From assembly GCA_025558095.1 (NCBI GenBank), contig JAIVFI010000011.1, positions 620,001 to 684,000 on the forward strand: a DNA stretch of 64,000 bases, in the 5' to 3' direction. Positions 63,713 to 64,000 of the stretch are shown one piece after another; position 1 is the stretch's first letter, and the number at the start of each line of letters is the position of its first letter. Position numbers and translations under genes: made by a program. The notes below the pieces were generated by a model. That model saw nothing but the letters and a program-made list of their open reading frames with translations. It searched no databases and was not told the DNA's origin. Origin of the DNA: Hyaloraphidium curvatum SAG 235-1 (taxonomy: Eukaryota; Fungi; Monoblepharomycota).

Positions 63713-64000
63713 ATGTGCGGTATCCTGGTGCGTGTCCGCAGCCCATCGCCGGACACGGGCCAGTATGCATACCGATGCGAAAGCTTCGTCGAGGACTTCA
63801 TCTCGCGACGGGGTCCGGACCACCAGGGATCGCATCGCGTCGAATGTGGAGACCTTTGGCAGATTGCGTTCTCCGCGACGGTGCTGCACCTCCGGGGGGA
63901 CCTGTGCAGGCAGCCGGTCGTCACAGCTAGCGGCAACGTGCTATGTTGGAACGGGGAGCTCTTTGGAGGTCTGCCCGGCGCGGAGGCGCGCGAGGCCAAT
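63713..64000 (+). CDS. ASNSD1: Asparagine synthetase domain-containing protein (5' part; Ntn glutamine amidotransferase)
   Basis: MCGIL...RRGPD...SATVLHLRG...QPV...GNVLCWNGELFGG, open to the window end. Confidence 0.88.
   Translation, partial: MCGILVRVRSPSPDTGQYAYRCESFVEDFISRRGPDHQGSHRVECGDLWQIAFSATVLHLRGDLCRQPVVTASGNVLCWNGELFGGLPGAEAREAN

Overview
This is a very GC-rich, compact eukaryotic window with many short (~50-90 nt) spliceosomal introns. Fungal-type histones H3/H4 together with a Cep135/Bld10-like centriole gene suggest a zoosporic or early-diverging fungus (inference). About 27 genes are supported. Conserved genes include OXA1, a divergent H4-H3 pair, UPF0652/DUF2009, GPATCH1, CEP135-like, TRM5, an ATP-dependent DNA ligase, ATR/MEC1, TRS20, an Smr/CCCH protein, GCV3 and ASNSD1 (partial). 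Accessory genes include a BVMO, an ABHD esterase, NmrA-like, F-box and ankyrin proteins, a 2OG oxygenase, a NylB-like hydrolase and several secreted proteins. Three things stand out. (1) A 368-bp inverted repeat with one mismatch, made of the BVMO last exon plus 3'UTR, brackets the OXA1-H4-H3 cassette, while the homology just outside the left arm has decayed; this fits a homogenised, possibly flippable segment. (2) A modular, structured non-coding repeat occurs as two inverted copies (17.3-19.36 kb and 36.25-37.59 kb) enclosing ~17 kb of genes. (3) A ~1409-aa secreted protein joins glycan-binding modules to a helical, toxin-like C-terminal part. No transposase, rRNA, tRNA or CRISPR array could be supported. 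Family assignments come from recognised motifs, not database searches, and exon boundaries were called by eye.
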